The position numbers and the translations under genes are program-made. A stretch of DNA of 64,000 nt from the human T2T-CHM13v2.0 reference genome, Homo sapiens. This document shows, one piece after another, positions 54,420 through 64,000 of this stretch. Under the pieces are notes generated by a model. The model was given only the letters and a program-made list of their open reading frames with translations, ran no database searches and was not told the DNA's origin. Each line of letters begins with the position of its first letter. The stretch's first letter is position 1. Where the stretch lies: assembly GCF_009914755.1 (NCBI RefSeq), contig NC_060943.1. One strand, written 5' to 3'.

Positions 54420-54790
54420 TTCTGCCCCAAGTTCCAGCTTGTAGCCCCACCATCACCCCATCTGTCCCCCAGACCCTGAACACACCCACACCCCTTTTCT
54501 CACTCCAACAAGGGTCACCTCAAAGGCTCCCCCCAAAGCTCTGTCCCCAGTTTCAGCTTGTAGCCCTGCCATCACCCCATCTGTCCCCCAGACCCTGAAC
54601 ACGCCTCACACCCAAAATTTTCCCACTCCAACAAGGGATACCTCAAAGGTTCCCTCCAAAGCTCCACCCCTAGTTCCAGCTTGTAGCCCCGACATCACCC
54701 CATCTGCCCCCCAGGCCCTGAACGCGCCTCACACCCCACCTTTTCCCACTGCAACAATGGATGCCTCAAAAGTCCCCGCCAAAGCTCTGA
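54420..54790 (+). repeat. Three tandem ~120-bp units
   Basis: agtt(c/t)cagcttgtagccc...catcaccccatctg...ccctgaac recurs at ~54430, ~54549 and ~54672. Confidence 0.9.
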
Positions 54791-55057
54791 CCCAGCCCCA
54801 GTCCTCTATGGTAAGCACCTCCTTCTAGTCCTCCCCAAAACTCCTGTCCATCTCCCTAGAGACACCTGTTCCCCCTTCTAACCCTGACCTTCCTTTTTCT
54901 GAGGCCCCTTTGGTTCCCCCTCTTTCCCCAACCCCAACTTTCCAAAAGAAAATGCCTCTCCTCACCCCCACCCCTAAGGTCACTATCCCTCCAGGTCTGC
55001 TCACCCCCTGTACCCCACTTTCTCTTTTCTGTAGACCTGGAATCCAGGCAATCCCTA

Positions 55058-55387
<330 letters not shown>

Positions 55388-55606
55388 TCAGTTGTACTCA
55401 GGTCCATTGTACCATACTAGGCAGAAGTATGACTTCTTAGTGTCTTATTTTATTTTGTAGAGACAGGATCTCCCTGTACCCCCAGCTGAAGCACAATGGC
55501 ACAATCATAGCTCACTGCAGCCTTCAACTCCTGGGCTCAAGTAATCCTCCTGCCTCAGCCTCCTGAGTAGCCAGAACCACAGACATACACTACCATGCCC
55601 AGATAA

Positions 55607-57390
<1,784 letters not shown>

Positions 57391-57477
57391 TGTTTTGGAC
57401 AGGCGCGGTGGCTCATGCCTGTAATCCCAGCACTGTGGGAGGGCAAGGCGGGTGGATCATTTGAGGTCAGGAGTTCA

Positions 57478-58430
<953 letters not shown>

Positions 58431-58456
58431 GGTGCCAGGTTGACAAGAGATGGACC

Positions 58457-60182
<1,726 letters not shown>

Positions 60183-60480
60183 AGGCCCCACCCTCTTCCC
60201 CCGCCACCCTTCTGCTCCCCTAGGCTCTGTTCTTAAGCCCCTACTTGTCCCTCCCAGCTCCACCTCCTAGGCTCCGCCCCTAGACCTGAGCCCCGGCCCA
60301 GCCCCACCACTCCTTCCCCAAGCTCTGCTTCTGGGCCCATCCTTCTTCCCATTATTACTTCCTAGGCTGCGCCCCCAGCTCTGAGACCCGCTCCTCCTCC
60401 CCACGCTGTCCCCGTGCCAGGACCATTACGCTCCGCCCCCGGTGCAGAGCCCCGCCCCAGGCCCCGCCCCCAACCCTTTA

Positions 60481-60741
<261 letters not shown>

Positions 60742-61430
60742 TCATTTGCTCTCATACTACATTCTGCCTGGGTTCAAATCCCAGCTCCACCCCTGAACAA
60801 AACACATATATCCCTACGCCCTGGGCAGGGACAGAGCGGGAATTGGGGAGTTGTTTAACGGGCAAGGAGCTTCAGTTTCGCAAGATGACAACAGTTCTGG
60901 AGACCGGCTGCACAACAGTGTGCGTGAACTTTAAATTACTGAACTGTACGCTTAAAAGTGCTTAAAATGTTGTGGGCTTTTTTGTTTGTGTTTGTTAGAG
61001 AGTTTCACTCTGTCACCCAGGCTGGAGTACAGTAGTGAGATCTCGGCTCACCACAAGTCCGCCTCCCGGGTTCAAGCAGTTCTCCTGCCTCAGCCTCCAG
61101 AGTAGCTGGGATTACAGGCATGCGCCACCACACCCGACTAATTTTTGTATTTTTAGTAGAGACGGAGTTTCACCATGTTGGCCAGGATGGTCTCAAACTC
61201 CCGACCTCAGGTGATCTGCCCGCCTCGGTCTCTCAAAGTGTTGGGATTACAGGCGTGAGCCACTGCACCCGGCCTAAAATAGTAATTTTTATGTTATGTA
61301 TATTTTACCAAATTAAAAAATTTTTAATTAAAAATACCACCACCAACAACAAAAAAGAACATGGATAGGCGGTGCCCGGTGGCTCACATCTGTAATCCCA
61401 GCACTTTGGGAGGCCCAGGTGGGCGGATCA

Positions 61431-62235
<805 letters not shown>

Positions 62236-62792
62236 TTAAAGCCTGAACAAGGTCACTAAAGGTGTAAATCCAGACTTCTGTCATTCATTCATTGAGCCGG
62301 TTTCACTGGGCACTGCAGTATGCCGGAGCAGCAGGGAAGACAGCCATGAAAAAGGCAGCTGCCCCCACCCTCAAGAGGGACCAAGGGCCATAGACTGCTC
62401 TAAGGTGCTGAGAGCATGCCCATCTATACTACTGGAATAGTGAGTGGATGAACTGGCTTCTGGCTGTGTCTTAGAAAATCACCTGGGGGCTTTTAAAAAT
62501 ACTGATGTGCAGATTCCATCTCACTTTGCAGAGATTCTGATTTAATTTAGCATTTTCGTGGCAGGAGCCATGGACATCATAACTTTTTTTTTTCTTTTTC
62601 TACTTTTTTTCTTTTTTAGAGATAGGGTCTCTCTCTGTTGCCCAGGCTGGAGTGCAGTGACATGATCGTGGCTCACTGCAGCCTCAAACTCCTAAGCTCA
62701 AGAAATCCTCCCACCTCAGCCTCCCAAGTAGCTGAGACTACAGACGTGTGCCACCTCGCCCGGTTAACTTTTTTTTTTTTTTTTTTTTTTAA

Positions 62793-62927
<135 letters not shown>

Positions 62928-63349
62928 TAAGCATAACACAGTCAGTTACAGATCCAACTCCTTCTTCTCCTCTTTTCCCCCTTCTAACTACTGCACTTGA
63001 CTAGTTTTATAAATAAATAAGTATAACATATGTTCAGGAAAGGCCGCACATCACAAGTGCACAGCTCAATGAATTTTCAAACTGTACAAAGCGTGTCACT
63101 AGCATCCTAATCCATAAATGAAAGTTTAGACCAGTCCCTAAAGAGCGCCTTCATGACCCCACTCTGTAACCATCTTCCAGAAGCCCCCAACTCTCCTTAT
63201 TTTTTTTTTTCAGAGGGAGAGAAAGGGGTAGAGATGGAATCTCACTATGTTGCCCAGGCTGATCTCGAACTCCTGGGCTCAAGCGATCCCCCCAGCTCCA
63301 GCTCAGCCTCCCAAAGTGCTGGGATCACAGGCGTGAGCCACTACACCCG

Positions 63350-64000
63350 GCCTCTCCTGACTTCTAACTCCCCCTACCCTCTCCTCCCCCAGATGCCCCG
63401 CCCCCACCCGAGGCCCCGCCCCCAGGCCGGCCACCACTTCTCACCCGACAGCACCACCTCCACCAGGTCGCCCTCCTGGATGTCTCCGGACGAGCGCACC
63501 AGCTGCAGGAGGTTGGCCGACGTGGGGTCATGTTTGAAAAGCAGGATCTTGTCGTAAAGGCCGTAGAAGCCACACTCAGGGAACTGAGGGGCGGGAGAGG
63601 GATGTGGCGACGGAAAAGCTCAGAGCCGCCTTCAGCAGCGGGCGGACTGTGACCCTCCCAGGGCAGGGCCGGCTGTTTCCCCCGGAAACGCAGAGACCCC
63701 GCAGGCCCTCGCTTCCTGCCTGCCCCCTCCCAACCCCAGCGCGAGCCGGGCAGGATGCCAGCGCCCCAATTGTACGGGGAGGGGGCGCCGGCGTGGGTTT
63801 GGTGGCTGGAAGGGGGAGCTGGGGTGGGAGGGAGAGTGGCTCCGGGAGCGTGGACACCTCGAATTTTCCGGAACCTGGCGGAGGTGGGAGGGGATGCTGA
63901 ATGAACACTCCTTCCCCTGTGCCTCCTCCCCAGGCTCACACACCCGCCCCCCAGCTTCCTTCCTGGATCTGTCTATTGTTGTCCCAGTTACCTGGCTCCA
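63350..64000. promoter_or_regulatory. CpG/GC-rich region around PRKD2 exon 2 (possible internal promoter or enhancer)
   Basis: Elevated CpG, several GC boxes and G-runs. Confidence 0.55.
63445..63583 (-). CDS. PRKD2: PRKD2 exon 2 (N-terminal ubiquitin-like region)
   Basis: cag|[46 protein letters not shown]|gtgaga; 139 nt. Confidence 0.96.

Overview
Alu-dense, GC-rich primate sequence, recognisable as human chr19q13.3. It contains two minus-strand protein-coding genes. DACT3 contributes coding exons 1-3 and its CpG-island promoter; its last exon lies left of the window. PRKD2 (protein kinase D2) contributes exons 2-18 through the stop codon and poly(A) signal; exon 1 lies right of the window. 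All exon boundaries were read as GT-AG and their phases chain correctly. RNA-derived elements are MIR320E (58875-58927) and a 7SL retrocopy. Less obvious structure found by reading the sequence: (1) MIR320E looks like an L1-made retrocopy of the capped pre-miR-320a hairpin, with a TSD, an A-tail, CpG decay and a possible cap-derived extra G. (2) A fragmented gag-pro-pol-env fossil class I ERV fills the DACT3-PRKD2 interval, with YIDD, DTGA, CCHC, GPY and CX6CC motifs still legible. (3) A probable Ty3/Gypsy gag relic lies in PRKD2 intron 3. (4) A ~60-bp tandem array of CCAAT boxes lies in PRKD2 intron 12. (5) There is a TTCTAGAA-rich degenerate repeat, a near-perfect inverted-Alu hairpin and a short templated insertion. 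Most ORFs in the supplied track are Alu artefacts. No prokaryotic-type system is present. Repeat family names are from recall of consensus sequences, not from a database search.
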